From positions 990 through 64,989 of the forward strand of contig CAUGMN010000004.1 of NCBI GenBank assembly GCA_959600635.1: a stretch of 64,000 nt of DNA, in the 5' to 3' direction. A model generated the notes under the pieces. That model was not told the origin of the DNA. It saw only the letters and a program-made list of their open reading frames with translations, and did no database searches. The stretch comes from an uncultured Eubacteriales bacterium (GTDB lineage: Bacteria > Bacillota > Clostridia > Oscillospirales > QAMX01). Shown here one piece after another: positions 26,961 through 38,794 of this stretch; position 1 is the first letter of the stretch; the number at the start of each line of letters is the position of its first letter. The position numbers were made by a program, and so were the translations under genes.

Positions 26961-28748
26961 TTGGACAAATATGAGGTATTAAAGCAGTATTTTGGATACG
27001 ATTCTTTCCGCGACGGACAGGAGGAGCTGATCGACGCCATTTTAAGGGGCCGCGACGTCCTTGGGATCATGCCGACAGGCGCGGGAAAGTCTCTGTGCTA
27101 TCAGATTCCCGCCGTGATCACGGAGGGGATCGCCGTGATCGTTTCGCCGCTGATCTCGCTGATGAAGGATCAGGTGGGCGCGCTCAATCAGGCGGGGATC
27201 CGCGCCTGCTATCTGAACAGCTCGTTAAGCTACCGCCAGTACCGGCTCGCGCTCCGCTATGCGGCCGAGGGGCGGTATAAAATTGCCTACGTCGCGCCGG
27301 AGAGGCTTTTGACGCCGGAATTTCTCTCTTTCGCCCGGTGCGCCGACATCCGCCTGCTCTGTATCGACGAGGCGCACTGCGTCTCCCAGTGGGGGCACGA
27401 TTTCCGCCCCGCCTATCTCGACATCCCGCGCTTTGTCGCGGAGCTGCCGGAGCGGCCGGTGGTCGCGGCGTTCACGGCGACGGCGACGGCGCTCGTCCGC
27501 GACGATATCGTCAGACTGCTCGGCCTGCGGGAGCCGCTGATGCGGACGACCGGCTTCGACCGGAGTAATCTGTATTTTTCCGTTCTGACGCCCTCGGACA
27601 AATACGCGGCGCTGAAACGCCAGCTTGACCGCCGCGACGGCGACAGCGGTATCGTCTACTGTCTGACGCGCAAAGCGGTCGAGGAGGTCTGTGAAAAGCT
27701 GACGGCCGACGGCGTTAGCGCCACGCGCTATCACGCGGGTCTGTCCGACGAGGAGCGCGGCGCCAATCAGGACGATTTTCTTTACGACCGCAAAAAGGTC
27801 ATGGTCGCCACAAACGCCTTCGGCATGGGCATCGACAAGTCCAACGTGCGCTTTGTCATCCACTATAATATGCCGAAAAACATCGAGAGCTATTATCAGG
27901 AGGCGGGCCGCGCCGGCCGCGACGGGCTGCCGAGCGACTGCGTGCTGTTTTTTTCGGAGCGGGACGTCGCGGTCGGCCGGTTTCTGATTGAGCGCGCGCA
28001 GGAGGATGAGGAGCCGCGGCCGCCGGAGATCGTCTCGCGGGAGCTGGAACTGCTGATGAAGATGTCCGATTACTGCCGGACGACGGACTGCCTGCGCGCC
28101 TATATTCTGCGCTATTTCGGCGAGACTGCGGAGGTTTTCTGCGGCGCGTGCTCGAATTGCCGCGGCGATTTCGTCGACGTCGACGTCACCGTACTCGCCG
28201 AGAAGATCCTCGGCTGCGTCACGACCTGCCGCGAGCGGTTCGGCGCCGGCGTCATTGCCGACACGCTGCGGGGCAGCCGCTCGGAGCGCTTGAAGCTCAA
28301 CCGCATGGATAAGAACCCTTATTACGGCGCGCTGAGCACGGAAAGCGCCGATAAGCTGCGGTCGGTCATCGACCATCTCTGCGTGCGCGGCTATCTGAAA
28401 CGGGACACCGACGGCATGCCGGTGCTGCGTGTGACCGAGAGCGGCAGGGCCGTTCTCAACGGCGGCGAGCGCGTCGCCATGCGCGCCGAGCGGGAACAGC
28501 CGAAGCCGGAGCGGCCGGTGAAAGCGGAGGGCGGTTCAATGTTCGACCGACTGCGCGCTGTTCGGCTCGAGCTGGCGAAGCGGGAATTCGTGCCGCCGTA
28601 TGCGATTTTTTCCGACAAAACGCTCGTTCAGATGTGCGAGGAGCGGCCGCAGAGCGAGGAGGAGCTGCTGCGAATCAATGGCGTCGGCGCGGTCAAGCTG
28701 CAAAAATACGGAAAAATTTTCCTCGACGTGCTCCGCGCGGCGGAGTAG
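26961..28748 (+). CDS. recQ: ATP-dependent DNA helicase RecQ
   Basis: FGYDSFRDGQEE, MPTGAGKSLCYQ, DEAHCVSQWGHDFRP, the RQC zinc-binding Cys cluster and a C-terminal HRDC-like region. TTG start is uncertain. Confidence 0.9.
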   Translation: MDKYEVLKQYFGYDSFRDGQEELIDAILRGRDVLGIMPTGAGKSLCYQIPAVITEGIAVIVSPLISLMKDQVGALNQAGIRACYLNSSLSYRQYRLALRYAAEGRYKIAYVAPERLLTPEFLSFARCADIRLLCIDEAHCVSQWGHDFRPAYLDIPRFVAELPERPVVAAFTATATALVRDDIVRLLGLREPLMRTTGFDRSNLYFSVLTPSDKYAALKRQLDRRDGDSGIVYCLTRKAVEEVCEKLTADGVSATRYHAGLSDEERGANQDDFLYDRKKVMVATNAFGMGIDKSNVRFVIHYNMPKNIESYYQEAGRAGRDGLPSDCVLFFSERDVAVGRFLIERAQEDEEPRPPEIVSRELELLMKMSDYCRTTDCLRAYILRYFGETAEVFCGACSNCRGDFVDVDVTVLAEKILGCVTTCRERFGAGVIADTLRGSRSERLKLNRMDKNPYYGALSTESADKLRSVIDHLCVRGYLKRDTDGMPVLRVTESGRAVLNGGERVAMRAEREQPKPERPVKAEGGSMFDRLRAVRLELAKREFVPPYAIFSDKTLVQMCEERPQSEEELLRINGVGAVKLQKYGKIFLDVLRAAE

Positions 28749-28832
28749 GCGGCGCGTGAAAAAACGACAGCGCAATACGCGAAAATCTGCCGCCGGTCGG
28801 AAAAAGCCGCAGATGCGTTTATGTTTACATAG

Positions 28833-28876
28833 AAGCCCTCCGCGCAGGGGCAGAGCCTTGCGCGGAGGGCTTTTGT
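28833..28876. terminator. Terminator hairpin between convergent recQ and the XRE gene
   Basis: AAGCCCTCCGCGCA ... TGCGCGGAGGGCTT followed by TTTTGTGCTTT. Confidence 0.8.
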
Positions 28877-29054
28877 GCTTTGAAAGATCTTTTTTCTGTT
28901 TTCGAGGTAGAGAAACTCTTCCCCTTCTGCCCACCGGCGTTTCCGGCGGCGCAGGAGCCCGCGGGAGGCGATTCGCGCCGGTCTGCAAACCGCGCCCGTC
29001 AGGTGAACCGTGATTGAAACGCGCGGCGGAACAGAGGGCGCAGGTTCCGGCGGC

Positions 29055-29915
29055 TTATTCGCCGTCGTCAGACGCTCCCGATTCGTGGACAATCTGCTTG
29101 CATTTGACGGCGCAGTCGACGAGCTTCCTCTTGACGCGCAGCGTCTCGCACTCAACGCGGATCTCGCCGCGGCCCTTGTTGACAATGCTGTCGCAGTGGA
29201 TATCGCCCTCTTTGGCTGTGGCGCTGCCGTTGATATCCCGGCATTCAATTGAGCCTTCCGCGCTGGCGCTGCCGTTGACATTCCCACAATTGATGTTGTC
29301 TCCTGCATGGGCGCTGCCGTTGACATCCCCGCAGTTAATGCCGTCTCCTGCATGGGCGCTGCCGTTGACGTCGCCGCAGTTGATGCCGTCTCCTGCATGG
29401 GCGCTGCCGTTGACGTCGCCACAGTTGACGCCGTCTCCGGCTTTAACGCTGCCGTTGACGTTGCCTTTGATATCGGCGCTGCCCCAGATCTCGATGGGGA
29501 GTTTGAGATCCCGGTATCTCGCGTCCTCAAACGGCCGCAGGTCGAGTTTGATCGGACAGTCCTGCTTCCATTCCTCGGCGGCCAGCGGCGTAGCGCCCCA
29601 GAACTGGACAATGCGCAGCACGCCGTCGTCCTGAATGCCGACGGGGAGATCAGGGGCCGAGCCGTTAGGCGCGGCGGCTTCCGCTGCCGGCGGCTCAGCC
29701 GCATCGCCGGCAGCGCCGTAAAACAGCGTGTCAATCGAGACGCCGAAGGTCTCGGCGATCAGAGGCAGAGTCAGGATATCGGGCAGCGCCGAGCCGGTTT
29801 CCCATTTGGAAACGGCCTGCATTGAGACGCCGAGCATGTCGGCGAGGTCCTTCTGGCTCAGCCCTTTGGCATGGCGCAGGGCGCGGATGGTTTCGCAGAT
29901 TTTGTTTTCACACAT
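29055..29915 (-). CDS. XRE-family HTH protein with a C-terminal 15-residue tandem-repeat (beta-helix-like) domain
   Basis: The N-terminus ICETIRALRHAKGLSQKDLADMLGVSMQAVSKWETG is a classic Cro/C1 HTH. The C-terminus carries NGSxxAGDxINCGDV repeats. Start at ATG 29915 (MCENKI). Confidence 0.75.
   Translation of the reverse strand: MCENKICETIRALRHAKGLSQKDLADMLGVSMQAVSKWETGSALPDILTLPLIAETFGVSIDTLFYGAAGDAAEPPAAEAAAPNGSAPDLPVGIQDDGVLRIVQFWGATPLAAEEWKQDCPIKLDLRPFEDARYRDLKLPIEIWGSADIKGNVNGSVKAGDGVNCGDVNGSAHAGDGINCGDVNGSAHAGDGINCGDVNGSAHAGDNINCGNVNGSASAEGSIECRDINGSATAKEGDIHCDSIVNKGRGEIRVECETLRVKRKLVDCAVKCKQIVHESGASDDGE
29221..29490. repeat. Six tandem 45-bp repeats inside the XRE-repeat gene
   Basis: GCGCTGCCGTTGA recurs at 29221, 29266, 29311, 29356, 29401 and (as ACGCT...) 29446. 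The central three units are nearly identical. Confidence 0.9.
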
Positions 29916-30171
29916 GGCGGCTTGTCTCCGTTTCGTCTGTTTTCTTCCCCCCCCCGGGTAACTCGATTGTAACACATAAGTTGCAGAAAAACAATAAAAG
30001 CGTGTTCGAGTTGACTCAACCAACGGTAGAATCCAACCCGTTTTACAGACGCCGCCGGGGAAAAAGGCGCCGCAAAGGGCTCTGCCGACTCCGAAAGCAC
30101 AGAGCGCCGTATTCGCAAAGGCGTTTCTGCGGCGGAGACAGAGCGCTTCGTTTGGCTCCGTCTTTCCGGGC

Positions 30172-32202
30172 TTATTCGGCGTCGACGGCCTCGAAAAACC
30201 AGAGCGCTCCGTTCCTCTGCGGAAGCGCAAAGGTGAGCCCGCCGCTCATTGCGGCCGCGCCGCCGGAGCGGAAGGACTGTCCGCGCTCGGGGTCGGTGAA
30301 GCGGTAGGTGCGCGACGGGTCGAGCGCGGCGGGGAAGACCGTGAGGGTGTCGGCGTCGGCGCGGGCGTTGCGGATGACGTGGACAAAGCCGCTCTGCGTC
30401 TTGGGATCATGGAACTCATAAGCGCACCAGTCGAAGGCCGACTTGCGCAGCTCCGTGAGCGGATAATAGTCGGCGGACAGCAGATACTTTGCGGCGGGCC
30501 GCCAGACGGTTTCGGAAAAACGGCGCACGAGCGCAAATTTTTCCTCCGGAGCGTCGCAGAAGACACAGCAGTGCACGGCGGGGCCGAGGCCGTTGTGAAG
30601 CGCGAAGCTGTCGACGCCGCGCGGGTCGGGCGCGTACATTTGATATTCTCCGTTTTCCTCCGTCCAGATATCGGTAAAGGTGCGGAAATAGGGAATCCAT
30701 GTAAACAGCGCCGAACAGAACGCCTGCTTGACCGGCGGCATCCCGTAGCCGTAATCGGTCGGATGGAGCGGTACGGAGCGGCGCATCGTTTCCAGATCGT
30801 TGCGCCGCCCGCCGGAGGCGCAGGAGTCGATTATGAGCCCGGGATTCCGTTCCAGAAGCGCGTCCCAATAGGCGAGATAACCCTGTACATGCAGGTTCTC
30901 GGTCATGCCGAGCCGGTCCTCGCCGTCGGCTTGGAGCCAGTATTCGAGCGGTTCAAAGTTAAAATCCTGCCGGTAGATGGCGATCCGTCCCTCTTTGATG
31001 AGCCGGTCGACGTGGTCGGTCAGCCACGCGCGGCATTCCGGGTCGCCGAGGTTCAGAAGCCCCTGGTCGGAGCGCTGTTCTTTTCCGTTGTGCCGCTCGG
31101 TGCGGTAGAGGATATACTTCTCCGGCAGCTCGGGCGAGCGGTATTCCAGCTTGATCCGTTCCGGTTCGAACCAGAGCAGGAATTTGATGTCGTTTTCGGC
31201 GCATTTTTCGCCCACCGGCCCGAGCCCGTTGGGAAAACGCTCCGGATCCGGAATCCAGTTGCCGGTGCGCGGCCAGCGGCGGATGCCTTCGGCGTCCTTG
31301 CAGGGGTACCAGCCGGCGTCGAGCCACCAGATGTCGGGCTTTAAGCCGCGGCGCAGATATTCCGAGATCGCCTCGCGCTGGTTCTGTTCGTCGGCGTGCG
31401 TAAACTCCTCGTCGCCCGCGGGATGGCACATGTTCATCATCGGCGCGAGCGGCGCGCCGCCTGTGCGCGGCAGGATATGCCGCAGATACCAGCGCCGCCA
31501 CAGGTTCCGGCCGCGCGCTTCGCCGCCCTCATACGCCATGACGGTGATGCGCGGCGCGCGGTATACCTCGCCCGGGCGCAGAGAAAACGCCGTATACTGC
31601 TGCTTGGCGGCGAAGCGGAAGCCGCCGCCGGCCGCGGAGAACTCCGCTTGCCACTGTCCGGGCCAGCCGACGGCGAGGTTATAGCCTGTTTGTCCGCAGA
31701 GCACGCGGAAATACGGAAACGCCTGATCGCACGGCCGCCCGCCGACGGGGCGGATCAGCTCCGTCTCAGCGCCGAGCGGGACGGCGGCGGTTTCATAGCC
31801 GTCATGCGAATAAAAGTCGCCGTTGCAGCGGTACAAAACGGGCGCTTCGCCGGGCAAAACGACGTCAGACGCGTATAAATCGGTGATCAGCGGGCTGTTT
31901 TGGCATGAAACGTTGCGGATTGTGACAAGATATTCATAAACGGGAAAATCGAGGTACTGCGTCGCTTCGACCGTGACCTGCAAATTGTAGTCCCGAAGCA
32001 GAGCGATCGTATCGGTCAAGAGAAGATTGGCGTCCGCGCGGCGGCGTCTGACAGACTGAACGCCGCCGAGGGTCCTGATCTCTTTTTCGCCGATACGCAG
32101 CGAGAGCGGACAGACGCCGTTCGCCTCCTGCATGGCGGCGACCGCCCCGGCGATCAGCGCCATATCCTTCGGCGTGGTTTGGTTCGGATCGGTATAAACC
32201 AT
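30172..32202 (-). CDS. Cytoplasmic glycoside hydrolase, alpha-galactosidase-like (GH36/GH27 clan)
   Basis: WWLDAGWY, FLLWFEPER, YRQDFNFEP and IDSCASGGRRND resemble the GH36-type catalytic barrel. No signal peptide. Start at ATG 32202 after AGGAG. Confidence 0.55.
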   Translation of the reverse strand: MVYTDPNQTTPKDMALIAGAVAAMQEANGVCPLSLRIGEKEIRTLGGVQSVRRRRADANLLLTDTIALLRDYNLQVTVEATQYLDFPVYEYLVTIRNVSCQNSPLITDLYASDVVLPGEAPVLYRCNGDFYSHDGYETAAVPLGAETELIRPVGGRPCDQAFPYFRVLCGQTGYNLAVGWPGQWQAEFSAAGGGFRFAAKQQYTAFSLRPGEVYRAPRITVMAYEGGEARGRNLWRRWYLRHILPRTGGAPLAPMMNMCHPAGDEEFTHADEQNQREAISEYLRRGLKPDIWWLDAGWYPCKDAEGIRRWPRTGNWIPDPERFPNGLGPVGEKCAENDIKFLLWFEPERIKLEYRSPELPEKYILYRTERHNGKEQRSDQGLLNLGDPECRAWLTDHVDRLIKEGRIAIYRQDFNFEPLEYWLQADGEDRLGMTENLHVQGYLAYWDALLERNPGLIIDSCASGGRRNDLETMRRSVPLHPTDYGYGMPPVKQAFCSALFTWIPYFRTFTDIWTEENGEYQMYAPDPRGVDSFALHNGLGPAVHCCVFCDAPEEKFALVRRFSETVWRPAAKYLLSADYYPLTELRKSAFDWCAYEFHDPKTQSGFVHVIRNARADADTLTVFPAALDPSRTYRFTDPERGQSFRSGGAAAMSGGLTFALPQRNGALWFFEAVDAE

Positions 32203-32355
32203 GATAAAAAGCTCCTTTCCTGACAGCGCGAAGAGATGATTGTGATATTTTTTTTGAATACGATGCAAGATGAAAAACAGTCTCCGTCTTGGGAAAACTG
32301 CGGGGAGAGGGGTGCGCGGGAGGCGCGCCGCGCTGCAAATCGCCAGCGGGGCGGC

Positions 32356-33099
32356 TTAACGGGACGGATCGTTGATTTTTCCGGAGATCTTCATCGCCCG
32401 CAGCCGTTGCTTTTCCTCCGGCGCCGCGCCGCGCAGCTCGCAGATTTTTGCGATCGCCTTGTTGTGCGTCCATGCGTCGAGCCGCCGCGCCGAAAGCAGC
32501 GGCAGCGTCTGCGCCGGAAAGGATTTGTAAAAGGCCGAAACCGCCCAGGCCACGGCCATGCGCGCATAATAAGAGCCGTTGGACACGGAGCAGAGGCGCT
32601 CTAAGACGCGCTCGCAGTACGCCGCGCCGTTGAAGCGGAAGAGCGCGCAGACGACGGCGAAACGCGCATAATACGTTCGCTCGTCCGCAAACAGCGGCTC
32701 GATCCGGCGAAACCACGCTTCCTCCTCCGAAGGCGGAAAACGGAGCGCGGCGCAGAAGCTGTCGCAGACCGACCAGTTGTCGATCAGCGGCAGAAAAGCC
32801 TCGACCCGCCGCGCGCGCTCCTCAAAGGAGCCGCCGGCAAACGCCGTACAGAAGCCGAGCAGCATGACCGATTCAAACGACGCCGGACGAATCGCGGGAA
32901 AGCCGCCGCGCCGCACGAGCCCCCGCGCAAACCGGCGCAGCTCCGGCACGGGCACGCCGAGCAGATGGCGCGGACAGCCGGGCAGCAGCGACGAGGCGAA
33001 GGCCGCGTACTGCGGGTCGGCCCAGCGGATCAGCGCCGTATCCGGGTCGGACGGATCAAACCCTGCAAAATCGGCTTCGGAGAAACGGCGGACGGACAT
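32356..33099 (-). CDS. DNA alkylation repair (AlkD-like HEAT-repeat) protein
   Basis: All-helical 247-aa protein with IDNWSVCDSFC and repeated helical-hairpin periodicity typical of the DNA_alkylation family. AAAGGAGG RBS. Confidence 0.5.
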   Translation of the reverse strand: MSVRRFSEADFAGFDPSDPDTALIRWADPQYAAFASSLLPGCPRHLLGVPVPELRRFARGLVRRGGFPAIRPASFESVMLLGFCTAFAGGSFEERARRVEAFLPLIDNWSVCDSFCAALRFPPSEEEAWFRRIEPLFADERTYYARFAVVCALFRFNGAAYCERVLERLCSVSNGSYYARMAVAWAVSAFYKSFPAQTLPLLSARRLDAWTHNKAIAKICELRGAAPEEKQRLRAMKISGKINDPSR

Positions 33100-33127
33100 G
33101 GAACGCCTCCTTTAAAAACGGAACGAA

Positions 33128-33299
33128 CAGGCGATTGTAAAGCTCTCGCTTTCCCATTCAAATTCGTTTTTGAGGTGGCTTTGCCGCCTCAAAAACTCGA
33201 CTTTGGCGAGCAAAGCGAGCCCTCGCGCCGACCAAACGAGCGCAGCGTGTGCGATCAGCGCGAGTCTTTCGATTGTAAAACGTAACTTTACAATCGACT
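33128..33299. repeat. Structured intergenic repeat, copy B (long palindromic form), MITE-like
   Basis: 11-bp terminal inverted repeats CGATTGTAAAG (33132..33142) / CTTTACAATCG (33286..33296). Flanked by 13-bp direct repeats AAAACGGAACGAA (33115..33127 and 33300..33312). The right ~110 nt is near-identical to the reverse complement of copy A. Confidence 0.85.
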
Positions 33300-33328
33300 A
33301 AAACGGAACGAATGAAAGCGGGATCAAA

Positions 33329-33356
33329 CTCGTCCGGCCGCCGCAGGCCGGACGAG
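33329..33356 (-). promoter_or_regulatory. GC-rich hairpin in the leader of the AlkD-like gene (attenuator-like)
   Basis: CTCGTCCGGCC gccgca GGCCGGACGAG, followed on the minus strand by TTTGATC. Confidence 0.4.
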
Positions 33357-33383
33357 CCGCGCGCTTCCGCCCGGATTAGGATG

Positions 33384-33412
33384 AGTGTACCATATTTTAT
33401 TCTGAAAATCAA
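33384..33412 (-). promoter_or_regulatory. Promoter candidate for the AlkD-like gene
   Basis: Minus strand: TTGATT, 17 nt, TACACT, with a TG at the extended -10 position. It implies a ~280-nt leader. Confidence 0.45.
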
Positions 33413-33568
33413 GAATTGTCTGCAACAAATCGTTTATAAAAGCAAGGCTGAGCCGACCGGAAAAACGCGGCGGAAGCGGCGCGAAAAGACGCGGCCGCAT
33501 ACGGAGAACAGGCTTGGCGCGATATCCGGCCGCGGCAAAAGGAATTTGAAGATTTATGCGCAAAATCC

Positions 33569-33597
33569 TTGACTTTTTTTATCTGTTGTGATATAAT
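33569..33597 (+). promoter_or_regulatory. str operon promoter
   Basis: TTGACT, 17 nt, TATAAT, with a TG at the extended -10 position, ~40 nt upstream of rpsL. Confidence 0.75.
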
Positions 33598-33635
33598 AAC
33601 AAGCACTGATGTTTAAATGGGAAAGGAGGTGCAAT

Positions 33636-34058
33636 ATGCCAACATTCAATCAGCTCGTCAGAAAAGGGCGCGAAGCCTCGGTGTACAAGTCCACGGCTCC
33701 GGCGCTTCAGGTCGGCTTCAACTCGCTGCAACAGCGTCAGACCGACAAATCGTCCCCGCAAAAGCGCGGCGTCTGCACGGTCGTCACGACCAGAACCCCC
33801 AAGAAGCCGAACTCGGCTCTTCGGAAGGTCGCGCGTGTCCGCCTGACAAACGGCTTCGAGGTCACGTCGTATATCCCGGGCATCGGCCACAATTTGCAGG
33901 AGCACTCGGTCGTTATGATCCGCGGCGGACGTGTCAAGGACCTCCCTGGTGTGCGTTACCACATCATCCGCGGCGTCCTCGATACGCAGGGCATGGCCAA
34001 CCGCAAGCAGGGCCGCTCCAAGTACGGCGCGAAGCGCCCGAAGGCGGCCAAAAAGTAG
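33636..34058 (+). CDS. rpsL: 30S ribosomal protein S12
   Basis: [12 protein letters not shown]...[19 protein letters not shown]...[12 protein letters not shown]...[15 protein letters not shown]. Confidence 0.97.
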   Translation: MPTFNQLVRKGREASVYKSTAPALQVGFNSLQQRQTDKSSPQKRGVCTVVTTRTPKKPNSALRKVARVRLTNGFEVTSYIPGIGHNLQEHSVVMIRGGRVKDLPGVRYHIIRGVLDTQGMANRKQGRSKYGAKRPKAAKK

Positions 34059-34316
34059 GCTCGGGAACCGGGTCAAACACAGCGATTTGTTCCCAACAAG
34101 CGCGCGGCAACGGGGCAACCCCGCCGCGTCATCGCTTTGCAGGGGTGAATATATAAAAGGAAACGCCGCGGCTTTTCGCCGCATGGTTTTCCGCCGGCGG
34201 CGCGGTCTGCGCGGCCGAACTGTATATTTCCTCGGATGCAAGGCGCGTACGGGGGCTGAAAAATGCCTTCGAGTACCTGTGAAATCATTTTATTTTGAAT
34301 GAAGGAGGGAAGATTT

Positions 34317-34787
34317 GTGCCAAGAAGAGGAAGTGTACCCAAGCGGGAAGTTCTGGCTGACCCGCTTTACAACTCTGTTGTCGTCACAAAACTGATCAAC
34401 GGTATTATGTACGACGGTAAAAAGGGCGTCGCACAGCAGATCGTCTATGACGCGTTTGCCGCGGTCGAGGAAAAGACCGGCAAGCCGGCGCTCGAGGTTT
34501 TCCAGGCTGCTCTGGAAAACATCATGCCGGTTCTCGAGGTCAAGGCGCGCCGTCTGGGCGGCGCGACGTATCAGGTGCCGATCGAGGTGCGTCCGGAGCG
34601 CCGGAACACGCTCGGCATCCGCTGGCTCGTCAATTTCTCGCGTACGCGCGGCGAACGGACAATGGCCCAGCGTCTGGCGGCGGAGATCATTGACGCGTCC
34701 AACAACACCGGTAACGCCGTAAAGCGCCGTGAAGACACGCATAAGATGGCAGAAGCCAACAAGGCGTTCGCGCATTACCGCTGGTAA
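34317..34787 (+). CDS. rpsG: 30S ribosomal protein S7
   Basis: GTG start after GAAGGAGGG gives [20 protein letters not shown].... The C-terminus is AFAHYRW. Confidence 0.95.
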   Translation: MPRRGSVPKREVLADPLYNSVVVTKLINGIMYDGKKGVAQQIVYDAFAAVEEKTGKPALEVFQAALENIMPVLEVKARRLGGATYQVPIEVRPERRNTLGIRWLVNFSRTRGERTMAQRLAAEIIDASNNTGNAVKRREDTHKMAEANKAFAHYRW

Positions 34788-34822
34788 GCCGTCTGCCGTA
34801 AAAACGATGTAAGGAGCAAGAT

Positions 34823-36907
<2,085 letters not shown>

Positions 36908-37007
36908 ATTGAGCGCAGGAAAAAACAAGAAAACTATTGCAAAATCCGTTGTAATGGTGTAGAATACTATTATATTGAAAAGTCAAACAAGAGGAGGCTA
37001 CAATTCA

Positions 37008-38216
37008 ATGGCAAAGGCTAAATTTGAAAGAAACAAACCCCACGTCAATATTGGTACCATTGGCCACGTCGACCACGGCAAGACCACGCTGACCGCCGCG
37101 ATCACGAAGGTTCTGGCTCTGCAGGATCCGACGCACGCTGCGTTCACCGCGTATGATCAGATCGACAAGGCGCCCGAAGAGAAGGCCCGCGGCATCACGA
37201 TCAACACCGCGCACGTCGAGTATCAGACCGATACCCGTCACTATGCGCACGTCGACTGCCCGGGGCACGCCGACTATATCAAGAACATGATCACCGGCGC
37301 GGCGCAGATGGACGGCGCGATCCTCGTTATCGCGGCGACCGACGGCGTTATGGCGCAGACGTATGAGCACATTCTGCTCGCCCGTCAGGTCGGCGTTCCG
37401 GCCATCGTCGTGTTCATGAACAAGTGCGACGCGGTTGACGATCCCGAACTGCTCGAACTCGTCGAGATGGAAATCCGCGACGCTCTGAACAAGTATGAGT
37501 TCCCGGGCGACGATATCCCGATCATCCAGGGCTCCGCGCTTGTCGCGCTCGAATGCACCTCGACCGATCCGAACGCGCCGGAGTACGCGCCGATCGTTGA
37601 GCTGATGAAAAATGTCGACAGCTACATTCCGACGCCGGCCCGCAAGGCGGATCTGCCGTTCCTGATGCCGGTCGAGGACGTTATGACGATCACCGGCCGC
37701 GGCACCGTCGCGACGGGCAGAGTCGAGCGCGGCCAGCTCAAACTCTCCGAAGAAGTTGAAATCGTCGGTCTGCACGACGAATCCAAGAAGACCGTCGTCA
37801 CCGGTATCGAGATGTTCAGAAAGCTCCTCGACTACGCCGAGGCGGGCGACAACATCGGTACGCTGCTCCGCGGCGTTCAGAGAAACGAGATCGAGCGCGG
37901 TCAGGTTCTTGCCAAGCCCGGTTCGATCAAGCCGGTTACGAAGTTCGAGGGTCAGGTTTACGTTCTGACCAAGGAAGAAGGCGGCCGTCACACGCCGTTC
38001 CTCTCCAACTACCGTCCGCAGTTCTATTTCCGCACCACCGACGTCACGGGCGTTATCACGCTTCCCGAAGGCGTTGAGATGTGCATGCCGGGCGACCACG
38101 TCACGATGAAGATCGAGCTCATTAAGCCGATCGCGATCGAAGAGGGTCTCCGCTTCGCTATCCGTGAAGGCGGCAGAACGGTCGGCTCCGGCGCCGTTAC
38201 GGCGGTTCTCGACTAA
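37008..38216 (+). CDS. tuf: Elongation factor Tu
   Basis: [40 protein letters not shown]. Confidence 0.97.
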   Translation: MAKAKFERNKPHVNIGTIGHVDHGKTTLTAAITKVLALQDPTHAAFTAYDQIDKAPEEKARGITINTAHVEYQTDTRHYAHVDCPGHADYIKNMITGAAQMDGAILVIAATDGVMAQTYEHILLARQVGVPAIVVFMNKCDAVDDPELLELVEMEIRDALNKYEFPGDDIPIIQGSALVALECTSTDPNAPEYAPIVELMKNVDSYIPTPARKADLPFLMPVEDVMTITGRGTVATGRVERGQLKLSEEVEIVGLHDESKKTVVTGIEMFRKLLDYAEAGDNIGTLLRGVQRNEIERGQVLAKPGSIKPVTKFEGQVYVLTKEEGGRHTPFLSNYRPQFYFRTTDVTGVITLPEGVEMCMPGDHVTMKIELIKPIAIEEGLRFAIREGGRTVGSGAVTAVLD

Positions 38217-38226
38217 TTAGCGGTTG

Positions 38227-38264
38227 AACAGAGGAGATGGTTTTCCGTCTCCTCTGTTTTTTTT
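38227..38264 (+). terminator. Rho-independent terminator after tuf
   Basis: AACAGAGGAGATGG tttt CCGTCTCCTCTGTT followed by a T-run. Confidence 0.9.
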
Positions 38265-38446
38265 CGCCCGAACCTGATTTCAGGCAGGCGCGTAGGAGTG
38301 CCCGCGGGCGAATATTCCGCATGAAGCGTTTTTCAGAACCGGCTTGACCGCCGTTTGTCTGCTCTCCGAATCCGATGCGCCCTCGGCGTGCCGGATGAGG
38401 GTTGAAAAGCGCGGCGGAACCGGAAGCGAGGAAAGGGAATTTTACG

Positions 38447-38650
38447 ATGCCGAAACGCTGTATCAGATTGATTCTCGGGGTTGTATTCGGCGTGGTCGCC
38501 GCCTACTATGTGGGCGCGATGATCAATTTTCTGCCTTTTGTAGCCGATGATCTGGCCATCAGCGCCATCGGTTTTGGCGCCTTGATCGTCAGCGCGGTTA
38601 TCGCCGTTTGCAGCTGCGTCATCATCATGGAAATACGAAACAGAAAATAA
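38447..38650 (+). CDS. Small hypothetical membrane protein (67 aa, two TM segments)
   Basis: ORF with two hydrophobic stretches (LILGVVFGVVAAYYVGAMINFL; AISAIGFGALIVSAVIAVCSCVIIM). No family recognised. Confidence 0.45.
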   Translation: MPKRCIRLILGVVFGVVAAYYVGAMINFLPFVADDLAISAIGFGALIVSAVIAVCSCVIIMEIRNRK

Positions 38651-38794
38651 CCCGTCGCGAGGGCCTGATCGTTTCCGCCGGTGGCCGAATAGGGGCGACC
38701 GGCAGGCCGGCGCCTCCGCGACGGGATTCAGCCGACAAGCCGATCGTACCCTGCCTGCGGTCAGGCGGCTTTGCGGATAAAGGAGCGAGAATCG

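Noticed and set aside
28628-29734. 368-aa minus-strand ORF and 206-aa plus-strand ORF (29014..29634) overlapping the XRE-repeat gene
   Set aside because: These are alternative frames through the 45-bp tandem repeats, with low-complexity Ser/Thr/Ala/Pro translations. The frame with a canonical XRE HTH and a sensible start is 29055..29915.
31934-32716. 260-aa minus-strand ORF spanning the junction of the GH36-like and AlkD-like genes
   Set aside because: It is out of frame with both well-supported genes, Arg/Ala-rich, and crosses an intergenic region. It is a spurious high-GC ORF.
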